Source: Haliotis cracherodii
Lineage: Eukaryota
DNA length: 64,000 nucleotides
Assembly (NCBI RefSeq): GCF_022045235.1
Contig: NW_027266271.1
Span: forward strand, 30,752,001-30,816,000
Direction: 5' to 3'
Shown one piece after another: positions 61,001-64,000 of the stretch (the stretch's first letter is position 1; each line of letters begins with the position of its first letter). Both the position numbers and the translations under genes were made by a program. The notes under the pieces were generated by a model. That model ran no database searches. It was given only the letters and a program-made list of their open reading frames with translations, and was not told where the DNA came from.

Positions 61001-64000
61001 GTTCCATATATGCTTTTGAAAACACATCGGGACTTACAATTTATACTGTATGATTGAACATATCTAACTGTTTCTTGGTTATATTTTTAAATGAAAGACA
61101 TATGAAAAATCAAAAATTATTCCTGAGGGATTCTTTGACCGAAGTAATTGAAGTCATTCGCGCATTCTTGTTAGTTTGTGGTATTTTCACACATAACGTT
61201 CATTGATAGGAGGATGAGTCTTTCACACATAACGTTCATCGACAGGGGGGGGACCAGTCTTCTTGCAGGTTAAGGAGTGGTGACTTATGTACCTGAAGCT
61301 GGTTATCTGTATTTCTTACACACAACACATGATTATTTCTGCTTACAAACTGAAAACGTTGGATGAATAATTTTGTGTCTTTTGATATCATGCAATGGCG
61401 ATCCAGCCTTTTTAAAATGGAGGGGTCCAAAATATCAAAATCCTCTCTGTCAATTGTACTGTCTACAACATACTACACTGGGTTTTCAAAAGGGGGGATC
61501 CGGACCGGCTTGACGCATCCTCTGGATCTGCCTATGGCATATATACCAACATTTGTCCATAAAGGTTTCAGTCTCACTGGCAAACCTTGGAGTATTAGAT
61601 TTTTTTCAATTTGTGTTGATATATTTCATATGAAAAGCCGCTGGTGTGAGATTCCGGATGGTTATGGTATGTAGATTGACTTCCACTGACTATAGCTGCA
61701 TCTGTTGTTGTCCCAGGGATCAATGAGTGCTTGTCTACTGCCCACCACAAGAACCGCACCTACTGCACTCAGAAGTGCAAGGACAAGAAGATCGGTTTCG
61801 AGTGTTATTGTCGCCATGGTTACAAGCTCGATGAGGACAAGGTTACTTGTGTTGGTAGGTGTCACATCACAGGGTATTGTTCAACCTCCTAGATGCTTTG
61901 TTTTTACATTAGATTCCTCAGAATCTAATCAGGGTTGCCAGTTTCATGAATCAAGGAGGGTACAATGTGTGAAGCCCATTTCTGGTGTCCCCCGCCGGGA
62001 TAGTGCTGAAATATTGCTAAAAGCAGCGTAAAACCATACTCACTCACTCACTCACTCATCAAGGTCAGGTTGTTGTGTTGTTTGTTTAGCGCCGTACTCA
62101 GCAATATTCCAGCTGTATGAAGGCAGTCTGTTTGTTAGTTTGTTTGTTGCTTAATGCTGCACTCTGCAATATTCCAGCTATATGATGGCTGTCTGTAAAT
62201 AATCGAATCTGGACCAGACAATCCAGTGATTGATATCATGAGCATCTATCCATGCAATTTGATATGATGACATGCATCAACCAAGTCAGCGAGCCTGACC
62301 ACCGAATCCCGTTAGTCGCCTCTTACGACACGCATAGTCACCTTTTACATCAGAAGTGCAGTAGAAATATTTCATTATGTATACGATGAAAGACTTATAC
62401 ATGTCTCTAATCAAAGAAGTTATCCAGGTAAAGGAACCATTTCAATTACTTGTGTAAACCATTCACTACCAAACCCAACTTCCTGTTGCAGATGTGAACG
62501 AGTGCAACACATCCTTCCCCTGCAGCCACTACTGCCAGAACACCATGGGGTCCTACAAGTGCTCCTGTCCCAAGTTCTACGTCAAGGAGCCGGATGGCAA
62601 GCGCTGCAAAGCAAAAGGTAGCAGTGATGCTTCTCTTCATCCACAGGGAAGGCTGAGTGCAAAGGAAAAACTAGATCAATGATGTTTCCCTTGTAGAAAT
62701 AGATGTAGATCCTTACCTTAATCCACAGATGGAAAGAAACAGGTAGATGTAGATCCTTACCTTAATCCACAGATAGGACTGTGTGGAAAGAAACAGGTAG
62801 ATATAGATCCTTACCTTAATCCACAGATAGGACTGTGTGGAAAGAAACAGGTAGATATAGATCCTTACCTTAATCCACAGATAGGACTGTGTGGAAAGAA
62901 ACAGGTAGATGTTGATCCTTACCTTAATCCACAGATAGGACTTTGTGGAAAGAAACAGGTAGATGTCGATCCTTACCTTAATCCACAGATAGGACTGTGT
63001 GGAAAGAAAAATTAGATAAGAAATATTTCAGTCCATTATCACTCTGTTTAAAAAGAAAGGATGGTGCTATTAATGGCTGGTTGCTTGACAACCAATGCCA
63101 TGTTGTATGGTCTTCTAATGTAGGTGTTTGTTGCACGTGTGGGAGAAAGTGAAATTGCCCTCTCTAAATATAAACCCTCTTTATCAGGGGACCCTCCAAT
63201 TTTGTTGGTGTCCAACCGCTACTATATTCGGAACGTGACGGTAACCGGCGGGAGTACACAGATCCTGACAGACAAGCTGTTCAACTCTGTTGCCATTGAC
63301 TACGACTGGAAGGACAAGTTTATCTACTGGAGCGACATCACCAGCGTCAACAGCAGCATCAACAGAATGTCCTTTGATAAAAACGCTTCCAACAAAACGG
63401 AGGTAATTGCATTAGTTGATGAAAAGTCCCTTCAGACTTAAATGTTAGTGGATAAGGTTCCTTGCAAGATCATGGCAAGCTCAAAACATTTGTACCCATG
63501 AAGATCTGGGTTAGAATTGGTCTTCAGACTAACGGAATTGGGTGGTGAAACTTGCTAACTTGGTTGATGCATGTCATTGCATCCCATTTACGTAGGCCGA
63601 TGCTCATTATGTCAATCACTGGATTGCCTGGTACAGACTGTGGCATGGTATCTCAGTGAGTTAGCACTATAAATCGACATCAGTCCTCATCTTTACAATT
63701 TTGGGTTAAATTGTTGTGATGTGATGTTTCCTATTCTGGATATTGCAGTGCTAAAGCTGTCAACCATGATGCCTAACTATAACTCTTCTAGTCTTGTATT
63801 ACAGTCAGTCCGACATTAGATCATGGCTAATACCTATCTGTCTTCAGATATTACACAGCACAACCGTTCGGAATCCTGATGGCATTGCCGTTGACTGGAT
63901 CGGGCGCAATCTTTACTGGTGTGACAAGACAACAGACACGATAGAAGTTTCCAAACTGAATGGAAGTTTCCGCAAGGTGTTACTTCGTGAAGGTCTCCAG
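6864..64000 (+). CDS. LRP1: LRP1/LRP1B-like low-density lipoprotein receptor-related protein, 56 internal exons (5' and 3' partial)
   Basis: All exons are flanked by AG/GT, with a continuous phase chain and about 9.2 kb CDS. LDL-A clusters of 8 and 10 repeats are separated by four YWTD/EGF units. LRP1-type motifs include [51 protein letters not shown] and a long-loop CR14. Confidence 0.93.
7010..7540. repeat. 27-nt (3x9) G-rich tandem repeat directly after the w1 donor
   Basis: gatcctggagatctgggggttatgggt. Confidence 0.9.
8383..8502 (+). CDS. LRP1: exon w2: EGF
   Basis: gccag|..G|gtgagt; [24 protein letters not shown]. Confidence 0.92.
8617..8782 (+). mobile_element. tRNA-headed SINE family B
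   Basis: A box agtggttaaag, degenerate B box, body tgtgaagcccat..ctggtgtccc, tail gctggaatattgct..gcgtaaaaccat(actc)n. Confidence 0.85.
8839..8964 (+). CDS. LRP1: exon w3: Ca-binding EGF
   Basis: ttacag|..T|gtaaga; [26 protein letters not shown]. Confidence 0.93.
9250..9395 (+). CDS. LRP1: exon w4: propeller 1
   Basis: tgcag|..|gtaagg; [21 protein letters not shown]. Confidence 0.9.
10091..10190 (+). CDS. LRP1: exon w5: propeller 1
   Basis: tttcag|..T|gtgagt; [16 protein letters not shown]; phases 0 to 1 fit neighbours. Confidence 0.82.
10330..10780 (+). mobile_element. SINE family A with 5' head repeated x5 (45 nt)
   Basis: aagatccggggtagaataggtcttcagcaacccatgcttgcc x5, then body and (aaac)n tail. 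Confidence 0.88.
11142..11304 (+). CDS. LRP1: exon w6: propeller 1
   Basis: ttttcag|..GG|gtaagc; [21 protein letters not shown]. Confidence 0.92.
11278..11435 (+). repeat. 62-nt repeat giving three copies of the w6 donor junction
   Basis: tccagagg ends at 11304, 11366 and 11428. Confidence 0.85.
11532..11754 (+). CDS. LRP1: exon w7: propeller 1
   Basis: tttcag|..|gtaagt; [24 protein letters not shown]. Confidence 0.93.
12123..12309 (+). CDS. LRP1: exon w8: propeller 1 end
   Basis: ttccag|..A|gtaagt; [22 protein letters not shown] (3' boundary discussed in findings). Confidence 0.87.
12665..12793 (+). CDS. LRP1: exon w9: EGF (donor amplified downstream)
   Basis: ccacag|..A|gtgagt; [25 protein letters not shown]; both boundaries ambiguous. 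Confidence 0.82.
12775..13179 (+). repeat. 33-nt tandem repeat x12 spanning the w9 donor
   Basis: aacggaacccagtgtgaaa|gtgagtacacattt. Confidence 0.97.
13927..14166 (+). CDS. LRP1: exon w10: propeller 2
   Basis: ttacag|..G|gtaagt; [24 protein letters not shown]. Confidence 0.92.
14222..14495. repeat. 67-nt tandem repeat, ~4 copies, ending ~30 nt before the w11 acceptor
   Basis: taatgg at 14281, 14348, 14415 and 14482. Confidence 0.92.
14529..14700 (+). CDS. LRP1: exon w11: propeller 2
   Basis: ttccag|..GG|gtaagc; [18 protein letters not shown]. Confidence 0.94.
14960..15225 (+). mobile_element. SINE family A copy
   Basis: full-length match to other family A copies. Confidence 0.88.
15551..15770 (+). 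CDS. LRP1: exon w12: propeller 2
   Basis: ttgcag|..|gtatgc; [25 protein letters not shown]. Confidence 0.94.
16685..16886 (+). CDS. LRP1: exon w13: propeller 2 end
   Basis: aacag|..G|gtaagc; [16 protein letters not shown]. Confidence 0.88.
17402..17524 (+). CDS. LRP1: exon w14: EGF
   Basis: ccacag|..G|gtagga; [23 protein letters not shown]. Confidence 0.92.
17748..17900 (+). CDS. LRP1: exon w15: LDL-A CR3 (cluster II)
   Basis: ttgcag|..A|gtatgt; [22 protein letters not shown]. Confidence 0.92.
17904..18320. repeat. 69-nt tandem repeat x6 starting at +4 of the w15 donor
   Basis: tgtagtctgtgaattcagctaggagtc..tcctccttgtaatctcagc. Confidence 0.95.
18530..18658 (+). CDS. LRP1: exon w16: LDL-A CR4
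   Basis: tactag|..A|gtaagt; [26 protein letters not shown]. Confidence 0.92.
18705..18800 (+). mobile_element. tRNA-derived SINE head (family C), truncated
   Basis: gtggtagagcg..gggttcgttcccc..tcatactaaaagatggtac; homologous to the copy at 20160. Confidence 0.7.
18804..19100. mobile_element. unclassified interspersed repeat with ~41-nt inverted segment
   Basis: 18804-18845 is inverted relative to 18946-18986; 18930-19096 is homologous to 23470-23641. Confidence 0.6.
19174..19293 (+). CDS. LRP1: exon w17: LDL-A CR5
   Basis: cccag|..G|gtaaga; [21 protein letters not shown]. Confidence 0.94.
19561..19670 (+). CDS. LRP1: exon w18: LDL-A CR6
   Basis: ttgtag|..|gtgagt; [25 protein letters not shown]. 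Confidence 0.93.
19845..20078. repeat. 10-nt tandem repeat, ~23 copies
   Basis: (gtaccctg[ta/aa/ca])n. Confidence 0.96.
20160..20550 (+). mobile_element. tRNA-derived SINE family C (Meta/MESC-like core)
   Basis: gtggtagagc..ggttcgatcc head, then tcataccaaaagacgttaaaagatagtact core resembling molluscan Meta-type SINEs (recalled, unverified). Confidence 0.6.
20570..20755 (+). mobile_element. tRNA-headed SINE family B
   Basis: ggggcggtcgggtagcctagtggttaaagcg..gattcccg..(actc)n. Confidence 0.9.
21022..21151 (+). CDS. LRP1: exon w19: LDL-A CR7
   Basis: tgtcag|..G|gtatgg; [29 protein letters not shown]. Confidence 0.92.
21444..22290. repeat. ~850-nt (ACTC)n/(CAACCACT) compound microsatellite
   Basis: cactcactcaaccact arrays ending ~30 nt before the w20 acceptor. 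Confidence 0.97.
22320..22442 (+). CDS. LRP1: exon w20: LDL-A CR8
   Basis: ctgcag|..A|gtgagt; [28 protein letters not shown]. Confidence 0.93.
22909..23040 (+). CDS. LRP1: exon w21: LDL-A CR9
   Basis: atcag|GTAAGG..A|gtgagt; [20 protein letters not shown]. Confidence 0.9.
23251..23376 (+). CDS. LRP1: exon w22: LDL-A CR10
   Basis: ttacag|..G|gtaagt; [24 protein letters not shown]. Confidence 0.93.
23823..23939 (+). CDS. LRP1: exon w23: EGF
   Basis: accag|..C|gtcagt; [21 protein letters not shown]. Confidence 0.9.
23982..24142 (+). mobile_element. tRNA-headed SINE family B
   Basis: A box tagtggttaaagcg, B box ggttcgaatccc, same body and tail as other copies. Confidence 0.9.
24355..24714 (+). 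mobile_element. MITE, possibly PIF/Harbinger-like
   Basis: TIRs ggct..aaaaat..ttggttctcaggca / tgcctgagaaccaa..tttttagcc; TTA on both flanks; second copy at 57599. Confidence 0.8.
25333..25458 (+). CDS. LRP1: exon w24: EGF
   Basis: cttcag|..G|gtaagt; [27 protein letters not shown]. Confidence 0.92.
25838..26032 (+). CDS. LRP1: exon w25: propeller 3
   Basis: cccag|..A|gtaagt; [32 protein letters not shown]. Confidence 0.95.
26265..26745. repeat. 20-22 nt tandem repeat
   Basis: gccagtcacatgatagag(a)gta. Confidence 0.93.
27449..27548. mobile_element. 100-nt Tc1/pogo-type MITE
   Basis: TA|cagtaaaaccgt..acggttcactg|TA. Confidence 0.65.
28407..28652. repeat. 47-nt tandem repeat x5
   Basis: ggtctagatattcagggtcttgccacctccaagtgtaccctaccctt. 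Confidence 0.93.
28655..29225. repeat. 85-nt tandem repeat, ~6.5 copies
   Basis: ccagggtctacctggtgtc..tctgtccatggctccttccacctctggtgtggcttgtcaacctt. Confidence 0.95.
29836..30108 (+). repeat. 67-nt tandem repeat x4 made of a SINE-type 3' tail
   Basis: ttgaggaatactcgtcacgatacggctgaaatattgccgatgtgccctaaagcattaactcactcac. Confidence 0.9.
30632..30836 (+). CDS. LRP1: exon w26: propeller 3
   Basis: ttgcag|..GG|gtgagg; [30 protein letters not shown]. Confidence 0.95.
31314..31484 (+). CDS. LRP1: exon w27: propeller 3
   Basis: ttgcag|..AG|gtcagg; [24 protein letters not shown]. Confidence 0.94.
31713..32251. mobile_element. non-autonomous Tc1/pogo-type element
   Basis: TA|cagtgttccctcgttat..atagcgagggatcactg|TA. 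Confidence 0.82.
32283..32431. repeat. 36-nt tandem repeat x4
   Basis: catgtctgacagttgcagaactggctgtagttcagt. Confidence 0.94.
32660..32865 (+). mobile_element. SINE family A copy with internal deletions
   Basis: head, core and tail motifs present. Confidence 0.82.
33183..33330 (+). CDS. LRP1: exon w28: propeller 3
   Basis: cctcag|..|gtgggt; [24 protein letters not shown]. Confidence 0.93.
33331..34515. repeat. G-rich 85-nt tandem array plus degenerate G-rich tail, abutting the w28 donor
   Basis: gggtgggtgccactgtctgggggcgagtgggtgccagtgtatgcggtgggggagggttggatgccattgtcgggggtcggggtat. Confidence 0.95.
34764..34860 (+). CDS. LRP1: exon w29: propeller 3 end
   Basis: tgtag|..G|gtgagt; [25 protein letters not shown]. 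Confidence 0.94.
35263..35388 (+). CDS. LRP1: exon w30: EGF
   Basis: tttcag|..G|gtaggt; [28 protein letters not shown]. Confidence 0.94.
35626..35853 (+). CDS. LRP1: exon w31: propeller 4
   Basis: ttacag|..G|gtaagt; [29 protein letters not shown]. Confidence 0.95.
35846..35917 (+). repeat. 28-nt repeat giving three copies of the w31 donor junction
   Basis: agactcgg|gtaagt, agactcgg|ataagt, agactcgg|gtaagt. Confidence 0.9.
36190..36410 (-). mobile_element. SINE family A copy, minus strand
   Basis: reverse complement of family A motifs. Confidence 0.8.
36636..36831 (+). CDS. LRP1: exon w32: propeller 4
   Basis: tttcag|..GG|gtcagt; [23 protein letters not shown]. Confidence 0.93.
37077..37545. 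repeat. 27-nt tandem repeat, ~17 copies
   Basis: gattggtatggaggggtctacattaca. Confidence 0.96.
37602..37708 (+). CDS. LRP1: exon w33: propeller 4
   Basis: ctccag|..A|gtgaga; [15 protein letters not shown]. Confidence 0.9.
37720..38455 (-). mobile_element. 5'-truncated L2/CR1-group LINE (ORF2 C-terminus and 3' tail)
   Basis: open 216-aa [49 protein letters not shown]; tail gcgctatataaat..(taattt)n on the minus strand. Confidence 0.92.
38737..41326 (+). repeat. 26-nt tandem array, ~100 copies, each a 3' splice-site copy
   Basis: g[c/t]ttaatgctccccccactgttgcag; the last unit is the w34 acceptor. Confidence 0.97.
41323..41607 (+). CDS. LRP1: exon w34: propeller 4 end
   Basis: ttgcag|..G|gtaata; [20 protein letters not shown]; the acceptor is the last unit of the 26-nt array. 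Confidence 0.92.
41668..41760. mobile_element. one end of a pogo-like (CCGTA-TIR) element
   Basis: TA|ccgtatatgtccgcgtataagccg..ggggtcggcttat; partner end not found. Confidence 0.5.
42140..42232. repeat. short inverted repeat with 15-bp perfect arms
   Basis: aagtaaaggggccct / agggcccctttactt. Confidence 0.75.
42818..43069 (+). CDS. LRP1: exon w35: EGF plus propeller 5 start
   Basis: ccacag|..T|gtaagt; [30 protein letters not shown]. Confidence 0.94.
43463..43572. repeat. (CACT)n microsatellite merging into the w36 polypyrimidine tract
   Basis: read directly from the sequence. Confidence 0.95.
43575..43839 (+). CDS. LRP1: exon w36: propeller 5
   Basis: cttcag|..GG|gtgagt; [28 protein letters not shown]. 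Confidence 0.94.
44487..45454. mobile_element. non-autonomous pogo/Tc1-type element
   Basis: TA|ccgtattttcttgagtata..tatactcaagaaaatacgg|TA (19-bp perfect TIR). Confidence 0.88.
45533..45805 (+). CDS. LRP1: exon w37: propeller 5
   Basis: tttcag|..TC|gtgagt; [25 protein letters not shown]. Confidence 0.93.
46210..46334 (+). CDS. LRP1: exon w38: propeller 5 end
   Basis: tttcag|..G|gtgagt; [23 protein letters not shown]. Confidence 0.92.
46316..46545 (+). repeat. 52/23-nt compound repeat spanning the w38 donor (6 junction copies)
   Basis: gcacaggcagacag| followed by gtgagt, atgagt, gtaagt, gtgagt, gtgagt, gtgagt. Confidence 0.92.
46987..47452. mobile_element. TIR element with apparent 6-bp TSD (AGATCC)
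   Basis: agatcc|tagttctcgctattgctaaacaaagatctgag..ctcagatctttgtttagcggtagcgagaacta|agatcc. Confidence 0.85.
47552..47671 (+). CDS. LRP1: exon w39: EGF
   Basis: ttccag|..G|gtaggt; [18 protein letters not shown]. Confidence 0.94.
47805..47960 (-). mobile_element. partial copy of the 24355-type MITE
   Basis: ggctaaacaaaataatagtcttggttctcaggcac..catcataaagt. Confidence 0.7.
47962..48150 (-). mobile_element. L1/Tx1-clade reverse transcriptase fragment
   Basis: [25 protein letters not shown]. Confidence 0.85.
48507..48764 (+). CDS. LRP1: exon w40: propeller 6
   Basis: cttcag|..G|gtttgt; [27 protein letters not shown]. Confidence 0.92.
48890..49101 (+). repeat. 30-nt tandem repeat, ~7 copies, ending in the w41 acceptor
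   Basis: tgttggttgtaactagctctgacctgtttc(ag). Confidence 0.9.
49104..49290 (+). CDS. LRP1: exon w41: propeller 6
   Basis: tttcag|..AA|gtaagg; [25 protein letters not shown]. Confidence 0.94.
49422..49579. mobile_element. small foldback/MITE-like element
   Basis: acttatcctatct.acactatgcatttcttc / gaagaaatgcatagtgt.gagataggataagt. Confidence 0.7.
50514..50718 (+). CDS. LRP1: exon w42: propeller 6
   Basis: ctgcag|..|gtgaga; [34 protein letters not shown]. Confidence 0.95.
51011..51203 (+). CDS. LRP1: exon w43: propeller 6 end
   Basis: ttacag|..T|gtaagc; [28 protein letters not shown]. Confidence 0.95.
51435..51640 (+). mobile_element. tRNA-headed SINE family B with long (ACTC)n tail
   Basis: matches the copy at 20570. 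Confidence 0.88.
51933..52061 (+). CDS. LRP1: exon w44: EGF
   Basis: ctgcag|..G|gtaggt; [20 protein letters not shown]. Confidence 0.92.
52693..52827 (+). CDS. LRP1: exon w45: LDL-A CR11 (cluster III)
   Basis: tggcag|..G|gtcagt; [18 protein letters not shown]. Confidence 0.9.
53455..53691 (+). CDS. LRP1: exon w46: LDL-A CR12-13
   Basis: ctgtag|..A|gtaagt; two 6-Cys SDE repeats. Confidence 0.93.
53740..53995 (+). mobile_element. SINE family A copy
   Basis: full-length motifs. Confidence 0.87.
54195..54347 (+). CDS. LRP1: exon w47: LDL-A CR14 (long C1-C2 loop)
   Basis: tttcag|..A|gtgaga; [36 protein letters not shown]. Confidence 0.9.
54412..54742. repeat. 30-32 nt tandem repeat, ~10 copies
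   Basis: gagaatgaattcacctctaacaggccccta. Confidence 0.94.
55033..57082 (+). repeat. 49-nt satellite (~38 copies) of the family A SINE head, followed by the SINE body
   Basis: cccgtgaggatctgggctagaataggtcttcagcaacccatgcttgtcc; body resumes at ~56930. Confidence 0.95.
57130..57300 (+). mobile_element. tRNA-headed SINE family B whose tail runs into the w48 acceptor
   Basis: ..aaagcggcgtaaaaccatactctttcactctttctttaacag. Confidence 0.88.
57312..57428 (+). CDS. LRP1: exon w48: LDL-A CR15
   Basis: aacag|cag (NAGNAG)..A|gtgagt; [21 protein letters not shown]. Confidence 0.91.
57599..57949 (-). mobile_element. MITE, same family as 24355-24714
   Basis: reverse-complement similarity throughout; same TIRs. 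Confidence 0.82.
58080..58196 (+). CDS. LRP1: exon w49: LDL-A CR16
   Basis: ttccag|..A|gtcagt; [20 protein letters not shown]. Confidence 0.92.
58470..58601 (+). CDS. LRP1: exon w50: LDL-A CR17
   Basis: tgtcag|..G|gtaaat; [25 protein letters not shown]. Confidence 0.92.
58722..58835 (+). repeat. 55-nt duplication spanning the w51 acceptor
   Basis: catgtttcag|ttccccactg (AG ends 58769) and catgtttcag|tccctcactg (AG ends 58824). Confidence 0.85.
58825..58941 (+). CDS. LRP1: exon w51: LDL-A CR18
   Basis: tttcag|..G|gtgtgt; [15 protein letters not shown]. Confidence 0.9.
59195..59478 (+). mobile_element. tRNA-derived SINE family D (V-domain-like core)
   Basis: head gggggcatgggtggcccagtcgtctaaggcg..gtttcgaatcc; core gtgggtttc..tttcctcccaca; tail gatataactgaaatactgttaaaagcggcgtaaaac(actc)n. 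Confidence 0.7.
60015..60252 (+). mobile_element. SINE family A copy
   Basis: family motifs and (aaac)n tail. Confidence 0.85.
60348..60590 (+). CDS. LRP1: exon w52: LDL-A CR19-20
   Basis: ccccag|..G|gtgagt; two 6-Cys SDE repeats. Confidence 0.93.
61717..61854 (+). CDS. LRP1: exon w53: EGF
   Basis: cccag|..G|gtaggt; [20 protein letters not shown]. Confidence 0.93.
62075..62345 (-). mobile_element. SINE family A copy, minus strand, with duplicated tail
   Basis: reverse complement of family A motifs; gcaatattccagct occurs twice. Confidence 0.82.
62492..62617 (+). CDS. LRP1: exon w54: Ca-binding EGF
   Basis: ttgcag|..G|gtagca (alternative in-phase GT after 62623); [24 protein letters not shown]. 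Confidence 0.9.
62600..63015 (+). repeat. 54-nt tandem repeat derived from the w54 donor region
   Basis: gatccttaccttaatccacagataggactgtgtggaaagaaacag|gtagatata; homologous to tgcaaagcaaaag|gtagcagtgatgcttctcttcatccacag. Confidence 0.88.
63188..63402 (+). CDS. LRP1: exon w55: propeller 7
   Basis: tatcag|..|gtaatt; [21 protein letters not shown]. Confidence 0.93.
63495..63640 (+). mobile_element. SINE family A copy, degenerate
   Basis: head and core motifs. Confidence 0.7.
63848..64000 (+). CDS. LRP1: exon w56 (runs off window): propeller 7
   Basis: cttcag|; [19 protein letters not shown]. Confidence 0.94.
   Translation, partial: MLHSTTVRNPDGIAVDWIGRNLYWCDKTTDTIEVSKLNGSFRKVLLREGLQ

Noticed and set aside
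60623-61674. ORFs of 144 and 103 aa in the w52-w53 intron
   Set aside because: No recognisable domain and non-coding-like composition; w52-w53 join in phase without them.
6864-64000. Identity as LRP2/megalin or specifically LRP1B
   Set aside because: Cluster II/III counts alone do not discriminate, but the propeller and CR motifs match LRP1 as I recall them. LRP1 and LRP1B are vertebrate paralogs, so pro-ortholog is the safest call pending a phylogeny.

Overview
Eukaryotic (invertebrate, probably molluscan) genomic DNA. The SINE and repeat content recalls gastropod/abalone sequence, which is inference from memory and not verified. Almost the whole window is the interior of one + strand gene, an LRP1/LRP1B pro-ortholog. 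I traced 56 GT-AG exons (6864-64000, about 9.2 kb CDS, about 3,070 aa) whose splice phases chain without a break. Domain order: one LDL-A repeat, 2 EGF, 2 YWTD propeller/EGF units, 8 LDL-A (cluster II), 2 EGF, 4 propeller/EGF units, 10 LDL-A (cluster III), 2 EGF, then the start of the next propeller. No start-codon exon was found in the window, and the 3' end of the gene lies beyond it. Introns are packed with at least four SINE families, MITE-like TIR elements, L2 and L1/Tx1 LINE fragments and about 20 tandem arrays. The most striking pattern is that many arrays are amplified copies of the gene's own splice junctions. Examples are about 100 copies of a complete 26-nt 3' splice site, 12 in-frame stop-free copies of a 33-nt donor junction, and several smaller donor or acceptor duplications. 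In three cases the copy nearest the real site has lost its GT or AG. No prokaryotic system, CRISPR array or rRNA is present. All coordinates were read by eye; repeat boundaries are approximate.
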